From the NCBI RefSeq assembly GCF_002087085.1, contig NZ_MWQY01000006.1:186001-216258 (forward strand): a stretch of 30,258 bases of DNA, written 5' to 3'. The number at the start of each line of letters is the position of its first letter. Positions within the stretch are counted from its first letter, which is position 1. Shown in pieces: positions 18,265 through 28,500 of the stretch. The translations under genes were made by a program, and so were the position numbers. The notes beneath the pieces are model-generated. The model was not told the origin of the DNA. It saw only the letters and a program-made list of their open reading frames with translations, and did no database searches.

Positions 18265-18268
18265 ATGA

Positions 18269-18853
18269 ATGCACCGCTTATACGATGAAAAAGACTGCGT
18301 CTATAAAGGCGCCTCCATAAACGAAACCATCGATTACTATTTCGAAAGCCATGAGCAGATACCCGGGGCACGAAACCAGCTTAATGCCGCCCTGAGCCAG
18401 GCAAAAAAGAGCGGAGAGAATGTTATCTCGGCAAAAACCGGCCTCACCGCAGCCTGGGACAACCGGAACCAGGAGTACCTGCTGATTGCCAAGAACGAAT
18501 ATAATCCCGCCAATCTGGCCGCCGCCCTTTTCGATCTTCTGGTGGAAGACCCCGGTGCGGTCGACCTCGACGAGTCCCTCAAGGATGTGGACACCCTGAT
18601 TGACCGTTATATCGGCCGCATTGAGCAGATGGAGGAGCTTGATTTCAGCACCGAGAAGGGCTCCCTGAAGAATCTGATGCGGACCCTGCGGGAGAGCCTT
18701 CACCTTGTGGACGAGACCGAGCTTACGGAAGCTGAAATGGAACGTCTCTCGGACCAGATTGACCAGGAGTTCTACGCCCCCGCAGCGGAGCTGCTTGAGA
18801 AGATCCTGGAGCGGGTGGCCATTCCCCTCAAACTGGCGAACGCGGAGAACTAG
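18269..18853 (+). CDS. Hypothetical acidic, predicted helical cytoplasmic protein
   Basis: 194-aa ORF with its own promoter and SD and protein-like composition; fills the gap between two minus-strand genes; no family recognised. Confidence 0.75.
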   Translation: MHRLYDEKDCVYKGASINETIDYYFESHEQIPGARNQLNAALSQAKKSGENVISAKTGLTAAWDNRNQEYLLIAKNEYNPANLAAALFDLLVEDPGAVDLDESLKDVDTLIDRYIGRIEQMEELDFSTEKGSLKNLMRTLRESLHLVDETELTEAEMERLSDQIDQEFYAPAAELLEKILERVAIPLKLANAEN

Positions 18854-19434
18854 CTCTCCGCGGCACTCCCTGCCAGGCCGATCTGCTCCGCCACCGGTCG
18901 CATCCCCGTGATGGTTTCCGAGATGAGCTCCGAAAGTTCCATTCCCAGCATTTCCGCACCCTGGGCGATAATCTCCCGGTTAGCCCCCGCAGCAAAGGCC
19001 TTCTGATTCCACTTTTTCTTTACCGATTTCGCGCTCATATCCAGAATACTCTTTGAAGGCCGCACAAGGGCTGTAGCGGTTACCAGTCCCGTAAGCTCGT
19101 CGGTGGCAAAGAGGACCTTTTCCATATCGCTTTTCGGCTCTACCTCGGTGACGATACCCCAGCCGTGACTCACAACAGCCCGGACGAGTTCCTCCGGCCA
19201 GCCTCGCTCTTTAAGAATCTCCTCCGTCTTTTTGCAGTGCTCTTCCGGCCATTTTTCGTAGTCAAGATCATGGACAAGCCCCACCACCCCCCAGACCTCG
19301 GCATCCCCTCTAAAGCGGGGAGCAAAATGACGCATAACCGCTTCCACGCTGAGGGCATGCTTTATCAGGCTTTCGCTCTGATTGTACTCTGTTAAAAGCG
19401 CGTAGGCTTCTTCTCGCGTCGGAAAGTCAGACAT
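18850..19434 (-). CDS. HD/HDIG superfamily metal-dependent hydrolase
   Basis: LIKHALSVEAVM, GLVHDLDYE, AVVSH, DELTGLV...LVRPSK; AAGGAG SD. Confidence 0.88.
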   Translation of the reverse strand: MSDFPTREEAYALLTEYNQSESLIKHALSVEAVMRHFAPRFRGDAEVWGVVGLVHDLDYEKWPEEHCKKTEEILKERGWPEELVRAVVSHGWGIVTEVEPKSDMEKVLFATDELTGLVTATALVRPSKSILDMSAKSVKKKWNQKAFAAGANREIIAQGAEMLGMELSELISETITGMRPVAEQIGLAGSAAES

Positions 19435-19491
19435 CGCTGCGGACTCCTTTCAGATTGAATTATCGATCAGGATGATTCTACCACATTCCGC

Positions 19492-19521
19492 TTGCCGCCG
19501 CACGCCCCTGCAGGGTATGCT
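19492..19521 (+). promoter_or_regulatory. Putative promoter, leaderless-type, for galU
   Basis: TTGCCG(19492-19497)-18 bp-TATGCT(19516-19521), 9 nt before ATG 19531; no clear SD. Confidence 0.5.
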
Positions 19522-19530
19522 TAAGGCCGT

Positions 19531-20382
19531 ATGAAAGGTGTAATTGTCGCTGCCGGCTACGGAACCCGCTTTTTACCGGTGACCAAAACAATCCCCAAAG
19601 AGATGCTGCCCCTGATAGACAGACCGGCCATCGATTTTATCATGGACGAATTTGCCGCCGCGGGTATTCATGAGGTGCTAATAATCAGTTCCCGCAGAAA
19701 GAAATCCCTGGAGGACTACTTTGACCGGGAGGTCGAGCTGGAATCGGTCTTTAAAAAAGAGGGAGCCACGGACAAGCTCGCCAGAATTGAACCGTCTGAC
19801 ATGAAGGTATTCTTTACCCGGCAGAAGGAGATGCGCGGTACCGGAGACGCCCTGCTCTGCGCCCGTCCATTCTGCAGCGACGAGCCTTTTATCGTCGCCT
19901 ATCCCGACGACCTGCACTTCGGCGAGGTACCCCTTGCACGGCAGCTTGTCTCCGTCTACGAAAAAACCGGCTGCTCCGTGATGTCCACCCTGCACGATCC
20001 GCCGAATCTGGAACGCTACGGCGTTCTGGCTCTGGCAGACGACGGCCTGCATGTTACAGACATCGTGGAAAAACCCGCACCGGGAACTGAACCCAGCAGA
20101 GAGGCCTCCATCGGCCGTTTTCTCCTTACGCCGGAGATTTTTGAACATCTGGAAGACGGCTGGCAGAAACACCTGACGGGGCCGAAGCCGGAAAGCGAGT
20201 ACTTCCACGTTTACGCTTTAAAGAAGCTGATGGACGCCGGGAAGGTCGTCTACCACCCCATAGAGGGAGAACGCCTGGACACGGGGGCTCCGGCCGGCTA
20301 TCTTCGTGCCCTGCTGCGTTACGCGGCAAGGGACCCGGAGCTGGCCGCGGAGATACGCTCAGCCGCCGCGGAATTAGAATAA
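19531..20382 (+). CDS. galU: UTP--glucose-1-phosphate uridylyltransferase
   Basis: AAGYGTRFLPVTKTIPKEMLPL, RQ...GTGDAL, YPDDL, IVEKP, DTG. Confidence 0.9.
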   Translation: MKGVIVAAGYGTRFLPVTKTIPKEMLPLIDRPAIDFIMDEFAAAGIHEVLIISSRRKKSLEDYFDREVELESVFKKEGATDKLARIEPSDMKVFFTRQKEMRGTGDALLCARPFCSDEPFIVAYPDDLHFGEVPLARQLVSVYEKTGCSVMSTLHDPPNLERYGVLALADDGLHVTDIVEKPAPGTEPSREASIGRFLLTPEIFEHLEDGWQKHLTGPKPESEYFHVYALKKLMDAGKVVYHPIEGERLDTGAPAGYLRALLRYAARDPELAAEIRSAAAELE

Positions 20383-20481
20383 AAGAGCTTACAGCCGCTA
20401 TAAGATCTCTGTGTTATCCGAGCCTCCGTGGCAAATCTCACAATCCTTCCCATCCTGTATATCTTTGTTCCGCTTTTTTCC

Positions 20482-21318
20482 TTACTCTCCAGAACGGTTC
20501 AAACGCTCCAGTCTGTCGTAGAATCCCCGGACATCCTCATCACGTCCCCGCTTAATGGCGCCTGCGGACCAGATCCGGAGTTTCTTTTGCAGCATCGCCC
20601 GGGTCTCATGGCGACAATCCCGCGGCAAGCGATCCTGTTCCAGCAGCCGGAAAAGGGCTTCAATGCGGAACCCTTCGATCTGGCCGTGTTTTTCAGAAAG
20701 CTGCTCCCAATCTCCTGCTCTTTTAACAGTGAGGGCTTCATCAAGGTAAGAGACAAGGTAACGGCTGGTTACACGCAGCCAGAACTCGTAATCCTCCGCG
20801 ACCTCCAGGGATTCGTCGAAACCCCCGAGTTCCTCGAAGACTGCCTTCCGCATCAGTACCGTGGAGGGACCGATGGTACACTTCCAGAGGGCATCGGAAA
20901 AAATGTTTCCCTCCCGAACGTGCTTCTGCCCCTTCTGGCTGACCGTTTTTGCTCCCCGCCGCCAGTGCTCGCGAGTGTGGATCAGAGGTACATCCGGCTG
21001 TGCATCCAGCAGGGGTACCTGTCGTGCGAGTTTCTCCGGCAGCCAGAGATCATCGGAATCGAGAAAGGCAATGTATTCACCCTGTGCTGCTTCCACCCCG
21101 CGGTTGCGTACTGCCCCGGGCATTCCGCAGTGAGGAATCTGCAGATAGCGAATATCCTCATCGTTTCTGAGCCTGGGGGTCTCGTCATCGGAACCGTCAT
21201 CGACGACAATCAGCTCAAAGTCCCAGAACGACTGGGCTCTGACTGATTCGACTGCTTCGGTGAGCAGGGGATAACGGTTGTAGGCTGGAATTATGATGGA
21301 GACTCGGGGATTATCCAT
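20482..21318 (-). CDS. Glycosyltransferase family 2
   Basis: Start reassigned to ATG 21318 (MDNPRVSIIIPAYNR); VVDDGSDD, RNRG, AFLDSDD (DxD), EDYEFWLR. Confidence 0.92.
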   Translation of the reverse strand: MDNPRVSIIIPAYNRYPLLTEAVESVRAQSFWDFELIVVDDGSDDETPRLRNDEDIRYLQIPHCGMPGAVRNRGVEAAQGEYIAFLDSDDLWLPEKLARQVPLLDAQPDVPLIHTREHWRRGAKTVSQKGQKHVREGNIFSDALWKCTIGPSTVLMRKAVFEELGGFDESLEVAEDYEFWLRVTSRYLVSYLDEALTVKRAGDWEQLSEKHGQIEGFRIEALFRLLEQDRLPRDCRHETRAMLQKKLRIWSAGAIKRGRDEDVRGFYDRLERLNRSGE

Positions 21319-21330
21319 AGACTGCCGATA

Positions 21331-21392
21331 AGTATAGGGGGCTTTTAGCGTTGAGGACAAGCGTTGGAAATGCACAGGGCATGGGGTATATT
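21331..21392. promoter_or_regulatory. Back-to-back divergent sigma70 promoters (GT2 on minus, lipoprotein on plus)
   Basis: Minus: TTGTCC(21360-21355)-18-TATACT(21336-21331). Plus: TTGGAA(21364-21369)-17-TATATT(21387-21392), 9 nt before GTG 21402. Confidence 0.5.
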
Positions 21393-21401
21393 CTAAAGAC
21401 A

Positions 21402-22517
21402 GTGAAAAGCAGTTTTCTCCTGATTACTTCAGTACTTCTCGTTATTTTTTTTGCCGGCTGTCAGGAAGCCGTCGGCGGGTTTGAGGAGTATGCAGGGGTG
21501 AACCTGATCGAGACCCATCCTTTCGATCCCCCTGTCCCCACGGATTGGCTGCTTTCCAACGGAACCTACGTCAACTTCACCGACCGGACTGCCGCGGATG
21601 CCACCGGACTGCCGTCCTCCGCGGATATCAGCGGGCTGACGATCCCGAATCTCGCGGCGAATGGAGATTTCGAGAACGGTACTACCGGCTGGACCAACGG
21701 CGGTTCTACAACAATAGCTATCGACAGCGGCGCCATCGATGACGATACCCTGGACTTTGTAATCGGGGATGCAGGAGCAATGATCACCTACAATCTTTTG
21801 ACCCTGACAGATTTCGATGCGGCCTCATCGTATCGCTTCCTTTTTTCCTATCAGATGAAATCCGGTTACGGAGCATACCTTTTCTTTGAGGTGAACGACG
21901 GAGTCAGTGAAATATCCGATCTATGGAAGCCGGAACCTGCAACAACTACATTATCCTATGAGTTCCCCTATGATGCACCGGGTGATTCATCCGCGGTCAG
22001 TCAGCTGGACGGGTCCCCTTTTTTTGCGATAGGTTCCGTACTCGGCAGCCCTGATGTTTCCACCCAGGCAGGATACCTGGATAACTTCCGGGTTGTCCGT
22101 ACCCATGTTGCACCGACCCTTATTACGGACGCTACAACAGTGCTGGACAAATCCGTCTATTTCGATGTGCCCCTGGTCGAGACCGGACGGCTGCCCCTGG
22201 TTTCGGGGACCTACCGTTTTTCTGTCTGGATCCGCCGGGAAGAAAGCGCATTCCTTACGCCATTGACGCAGAACAGCTTCCAGTCGAACGGCATCAGTCT
22301 GCGCATGGCTAACCTGGGAGACGGCTCCAGTCATACAGCATTCATCCCCGCCGATTCAAGCTGGAGTTCGTGGCAGAAGGTCTCGGTCACTGGTTCTCTT
22401 GAGATCGATTCAAGCACAGATCCGGCGCTGCGTCTTTCCATTATGCCGACCCTCGGCATTGATCAGGATTGCGGAACAATGCTGGTCGCAGTTCCTGAGC
22501 TGATGCTGATTCCCTGA
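21402..22517 (+). CDS. Acidic lipoprotein with probable carbohydrate-binding (CBM4/9-like jelly-roll) domains
   Basis: The in-frame GTG at 21402 gives the signal MKSSFLLITSVLLVIFFAG-C (lipobox). NLAANGDFENGTTGW, GTYRFSVWIR and WQKVSVT are typical of galactose-binding-like folds. Confidence 0.75.
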   Translation: MKSSFLLITSVLLVIFFAGCQEAVGGFEEYAGVNLIETHPFDPPVPTDWLLSNGTYVNFTDRTAADATGLPSSADISGLTIPNLAANGDFENGTTGWTNGGSTTIAIDSGAIDDDTLDFVIGDAGAMITYNLLTLTDFDAASSYRFLFSYQMKSGYGAYLFFEVNDGVSEISDLWKPEPATTTLSYEFPYDAPGDSSAVSQLDGSPFFAIGSVLGSPDVSTQAGYLDNFRVVRTHVAPTLITDATTVLDKSVYFDVPLVETGRLPLVSGTYRFSVWIRREESAFLTPLTQNSFQSNGISLRMANLGDGSSHTAFIPADSSWSSWQKVSVTGSLEIDSSTDPALRLSIMPTLGIDQDCGTMLVAVPELMLIP

Positions 22518-22530
22518 TACAGCGATTTTT

Positions 22531-25500
22531 CTATTTTACCACCATCACCTTGCGGTATTCATCGATTCCCGGAGCCACGACTCTGATAAAGTAGATACCC
22601 CTGGCAACTTCCCGTCCGCCGCGGTTACGCCCGTCCCAGGTTGCAGTGTGCTCTCCGGCGGCCTGGTTTCCGCGCTGAATTATATCAACCACATCGCCGT
22701 CAAGTCCGAATACGGTAATGGTTACCATACCGCTTTCAGAAAGCTCATAGGAGAGTACAGCCCGTTCGCCGTCCCCGGGATTGATAACGTTACCCAGAAT
22801 GGTTACCCCGCCGGTCTGACGGCTTATATCCCGTATGGGCAAAATCCAGGGTGCTATTCTTCTCGGGTCCTCGGGATCGAGACTTCTGACACAGTAGAGG
22901 GGCCCCAGGCGGAAGATAAACTCAAGGTCCGCTCCTGAAACAATTTCCGGATCACCCCCGGGAACCAGATAGTCCCTCAGGGCACCGACTCCGCCAAAGG
23001 ACGAGACATAGCGTACATCGCCGTTGGCGACCCCGTTAAATTCCGTGATGATTGTCGGAAGCCAGAGATTTCCCGGTCCGGCGAGGGTTACCGGCAAGGG
23101 GTTTACATCGTAGATAAGGTTCATTGTATCGGCAGCCGCAACCGTCGGCAGGATTCTCGCTTCCAGGGTAAAATCGGTATCCATGATCTTTCCTGAGCCG
23201 TCGAATTCCCGAACTGTACTGAAGTTTGTTCCAAAGGTATTGTCCTGATGCAGTCTGTCGCTCGCCCAGACCGGACTGACAACGCCGATACCAAGGGAAC
23301 TCAGACGTACCGCTTCCGTGGCTGCAGCATTTGAGAACTGGTCCTCAAGATTCGCCGTCATTCCATATCCGTTTGCTGGAAAGTCGACGATCTCTTCCAT
23401 ATCCAGAGGGGAATCGAGGTGCAGATAGAGCTCCTTGGCGCCGTCCAGTTCGGTACTCAGGACTTCCACTGAATTAATTGTGTAGCTCGCCGGTGGAACG
23501 AAGGCGAAATCCGCCGGAGTGATCGGGTCTCCTGATACAGGGTTACCTGCCGTCTGATAAACAGGTTCCGAGAACTTAAGATAGATCTTGTCGTCCCCCG
23601 GTACAGCCAGGGAGTAAAGAATCCGCGGGGGAGTTCGCTCCAGGCACATGGTGCTGGTTATAGAGCTCAGGACATTACCGGCAAGGTCCGTGACATACTG
23701 ATCGGCGGATGAAGGATTATAGGTTAAATAGAGCTGATCGAGCTCCGTGAATCCCCGGTTTTCCGCAAAGGAAACGGAAAAATAGGGATCGTCAAGCGAA
23801 GGATTTGCAACCGTTCCAAAGAGGGAGGTATCGTTCACCGTTGAACTGAAAACCGGAGAAGGGATATTGTCGACAATTCCCGAGGCGGAATTATCCAGTC
23901 CAAAGGCTGTCAAAGCTGCTGCTGTAACCGAACTGTCCCGGATCCCCTTCCACGGTTCCGAGGGGGTCCCGGTAACGCCGTCGGGGTGATCAGCCGATGA
24001 ATCCCAGCTTGCACTCTCGTCGTCCAGAACATGTAGCTCGATGGTGTCTATAATGGTATTACCGCCTGAGTCGCGTACAATAATCTCACTTGCCGTCGGC
24101 GTTGTGGAATCGGGAAAGGGCGCGATCTTCGGTTTTACGACATCCCAGCCGGCGAAAGACGATGCCGGATCAAGATAGATCTCCCTTTCGTCAATACCGC
24201 CAGTCAGAGGATCATCCTGCAGGGATGCCCCGGTATTCAGGGGATTTCCGTTGCCCGAAGGTCCGTCGGTTTTATCCCGGATGTTCGGATGAGCAAGAAC
24301 TGCGGGCACTACGCCCAGGGATACGGGGTCGTCCGCCTGCAGCAAGTAACCGGGATAGATTGTTCCGTTATTATAGCCGCCGGCATAGATAAAAAGTTCA
24401 TGGCCGTCGAACATCTCCAGGGATTCCCCGGGAAGTCCGTCCGTGGAGTCTGTGTCCAGGTCTCCGGCATAGGAGAAAAATCCGTTCACACTTACCGTGC
24501 CCAGGCCATCCGCTGCCCCGCCGTAGTCGCCGGCGCCCAGGGTGGTCTGGGCCCGCTGATTCGTATGCGGCACTGTCTCAGGATCCAGACTTCCGATCTG
24601 GACGTCCTCTGAATACTGCAGCCGGAAATAGTTATGGTAGTCCCGGTTATCTCCGGTGGCCCCCTGGCGCCCGGCCATGAGCTTGACCAGAACCGGGTCA
24701 CAGCGGTCCAGCGTTTCAGTGTACTGATTACCCCCCACCCTGTGGACAACCCTGTTTTTATGTTCGTCCAGCAAAGTTATATAGCTTGTCCCGTTTGCTT
24801 TAACGATATAAATATCAGGTACGATGTTTCCCGGGTTCTGGCCCAGATAATTGGTACTTGTCGCCTGACCGGCTGCGGGAGGTGCGGCGGTAAAATCGTT
24901 ATAGTCATCCGCCTGGGTAACCGTACTGCCGTGGGCATCGGTCCGCCAGGTCGTATTTCCATTCCGGAAAATGAAGTAACGGCTTTCGGTCCCGGCCGCC
25001 AGGGCGCCAAGATCGGCCGCGGAGGCATCCGACAGACGTACAGCGGTAAAGTCCTGGGTCGGTGCAGCGTTGACAAAAATTAGGTCGGCATCCAGAATCT
25101 GTCCGATCTCGTTATTGCTGTTTTCCAGAGCTTCGCTGAACTCTATAAAAATCTCATAATCGCTGATGGTATAGGCCTGGACGATGTCGGGCGCAGTAAA
25201 ATCCCACTGTGTGTTCCCGAGCCCGTCCGTCGCTTCAGCAGCAGCCACCCAACCGCCCGAGGCCGTCGAGTCCGCCACCGTTGCATTATAGGCTTCTGCG
25301 AAAGCCGCGGAAGAGTCAGCGTTATTGGGGATATTCAGGGAGAAGGCTCCACTGTTCATATCTGCACCGTTAAGGTAGAAGTTGCCCCCCACTGTCAGTA
25401 TCGCTGAATTAAGAGAGGCTAAGCCCCCGGAATATGTCGCCTCGGAAGGTCCGATACCAAGTCCCGGGAAGTTACCAAGTCTGATTCCAGCCGCGCCCTC

Positions 25501-28500
25501 ACCCGCCGGGCCATAGAGGGCCACGTTCGGATTTGCCAGAATATTCCCGGGATAGGAACCGTCGGCAGTGCGAACCGGATGGTCGTATTCGAACAGATTA
25601 GCGATACCGGTGTCCGGATCAGTATCAGCATAGGCTGCGCCGAGAAAAACGAGGTCCTGATTTATATTGAGAGCAACATTCGACACACCAAGCTGTCCGC
25701 TGTAGAGGACCAGGTTTTGGGCTGATAATGTTGAACCGGCGATAACATCGATGGTTTTGTTCGGCGCAAAGACATGCAGATCCATCGCAAAAACCATGTT
25801 TCCCGAAGGTTGGAGGAATAGGGTGTTGATTCCCGCAACGGACTCATACATGAAGGTGGTGGATTGAAAATTGATATTGTTCGCATCGGTAACAAAGCGT
25901 TTATTAACATTCGCAACAGGCAGAAGAATGCCGTTGCTGCCGCCGTCATAATTCTGGAGACTGCCGGAGTAGTAATTCGCTCCTGCCAGAATCAGCTGAC
26001 CCGGGGTTGCAGTACCGTCATCGTCGGCGTCCATTGTAATCTGCCCGGTAACCCCGGGGGTTCCGACTGTCCCGACTCCGTTGGCGGTGATTATGTGCCC
26101 TTCCACCAGGAGCGAGGAGAGAGGATCCGTCGCGCCCACAAGGCCCAGGACGATATCGCCGTAAGTGAAGGCGGCACCCGTGGTAGTATCGATGGCCAGG
26201 GAGTTGGTTCCGGCTGAATCGATAGCCGCTCCGGCAGCAAAAAGTACCGAACCGGCATTCCCGTCATCCCCACCCTCGGTATCAATTGTGAGATTGGCGG
26301 AAACCTCAATATCCGTCGAGCCGGTGACATCCACATTACCACCTTCCGTCTGAATCAGCACACCCCCCAGAGTAAGGGTTCCGACTGCATCAAAATCGAT
26401 GGCAGTAAGACGGGTTACATTCCCGATGCTTGCAACGGAGACATCAGCACCGTCAATATCGAGACTGTACGCGCCGTTCAAGTTGAGACCGGAAGAGTCG
26501 ACGTTGCCGTTCGTACTGGTAATGACGCTGTTGCTCAGGAGACTTGCATTGTCACCCGCATCGGTGCCGCTGAAGTCGATATTCCCGTCAACCGTCATTA
26601 TGCCGTTCAGGCTGATATTGCTGGCACTCGTAATCGTCAGGGCGCTTCCGCCGTTATCCAGCGTCACCGTTCCGAAACTCACCGTCTCAAGCCCGCCGCC
26701 TACTGTATCAATCTCCAGGGTCGCCGCCACTGAATCGGTCAGCGTCGTCCCGTCAAAGACAATATTGTCGTTACTGGTCGTCACCGTCACGTTGCCCGGA
26801 AGATTCGTCGCAAGGGAACCGGCAAAATTCACCTCGCCGTTCGTGCTGATATCCCCGTTCAGGTTCGCCACCGTCGTCGCGTCCACATCAAGGCCGGCAA
26901 GTAGTGCGCCGCCTGTAGCGTTTACCAGCGGCAGGTTCACCGTCGCTCCATCGATGTTCAGCGCCTCTCCGCCGTTCACCCCGCTGATCGACTCATTCAC
27001 CGTCACGGTGTCCGCAGCACTCACCGTCGCGCTCGTATCCACATGAAGCGGTATTCCCGCAGCCACCGTTATGTCGCTGCCCGCAGCAGTATCCGCCACA
27101 AGGTTCGCGTTCAGCACAAGACTCGCCCCGGCGTTCACTACAATGCTTCCGGCTGTGTTGTTCTGGACCGTCGTAATGACCACATCCGAACCGGAACCCG
27201 CAGCACTCCCGGACTCAAGGGTCGCCGTCGTCCCGATGACGTTTCCGCCGTTTATCGTCAGATCCTCGGTTCCCGTATCGTTGGTATCCGCACTCACTGC
27301 GGCAGTTCCGTTCGCCGTAAGCGCAGCTCCAACCGTAACCGCCCCCAGGTTGTCGATATCGATGTTCCCGGCAGTGCTCGTTACCGTCTGACCTATAGTC
27401 ATCAGGTTGTCCGCCACCCCGTCGATATCGATCAGCCCCGTCGCAGTAACCGCTCCGCTGTAACCCACCGTCCCTGCACTCACCGTCAGCGTGGACAGGG
27501 CATCCGCCTGTCCCGTGGCGGACAGTCCCACCGTTCCGCTGTTTGCCGTCAGCGTCAGGGCATACGTGTTCCCCGCGGCGCTGTCCACGGGCGCCCCGGT
27601 AAAATCGATCCCGCCGGCACTACTCGTTATCGATACAGCCGCCGCGGTCAGGGTTATGTCGTTCCCGTTGGTAAAGTCGATGGCCCCGGATACGTCGATA
27701 GCCCCCGAAAGCCTCACCTCCAGGGCATCGGTAAAGATCAGGGTATCGATGGTATCCACCTGCCCGACACTGGCCAGACTGATAACCCCGCCGCTTCCCG
27801 CGTTCAGGGTCAGCGCGTACTCATTACCCCCGTCGTCCTCGATACCGAGGGTCGTAAAGTCTATGTTCCCGCCGGTCAGCGTTGACCCGGCGTTGGTCGT
27901 ATCGATCGTCCGATCCGCTCCAACCAGGTTCACCGCCGTGGCCGTCCCGGCAAAGCTTATCGCCCCTCCGTCGGTCAGGACGTTCGCCCCCAGCTCCACG
28001 CTGGCGGCTGTCTGGAAGACTGTCTGCCCAACACTGTTCAGGCTGTTCCCGTCCACCACCACCGAGCCGTTCGTTCCGGCCCCGCCGGTCTGAAAGGTTA
28101 CCGTCGTCCCCCCGACGTTCGCACCCACCTGCAGGTCGTGGGTCGGGTCGTTGTCGTCGCTGTCCGCGGTTGCCGTTACCGTGCCCAGGGAAGCAAGTAC
28201 CGCCCCGTTGATGTCCACCGCTCCGGTTCCGCTTATGACGATGTTGTCCCCCGTCGCGGTAATCGTGCCGTCAATCGTCAGGGGGTCCCCTGCAACCCCC
28301 GCTTCGCTTATGGAGACCGCGGGACTTGCGCCGCCGGAGGAGACAATAGCCCCTTCCAGGATTACCACGTCGCCGCTGACTGTAATCCGGCTCACTGCTG
28401 TCGAGTTGCCGACACCGGCCAGCCGCACCGTTCCGCTGTCGGCTGTTACGCTCAGGGTCTGGTTTCCGTTGATATTTACATCGTTACCGTTCAGGTCCCC

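Noticed and set aside
20428..21246. 272-aa plus-strand ORF
   Set aside because: Antisense shadow of the GT2 gene.
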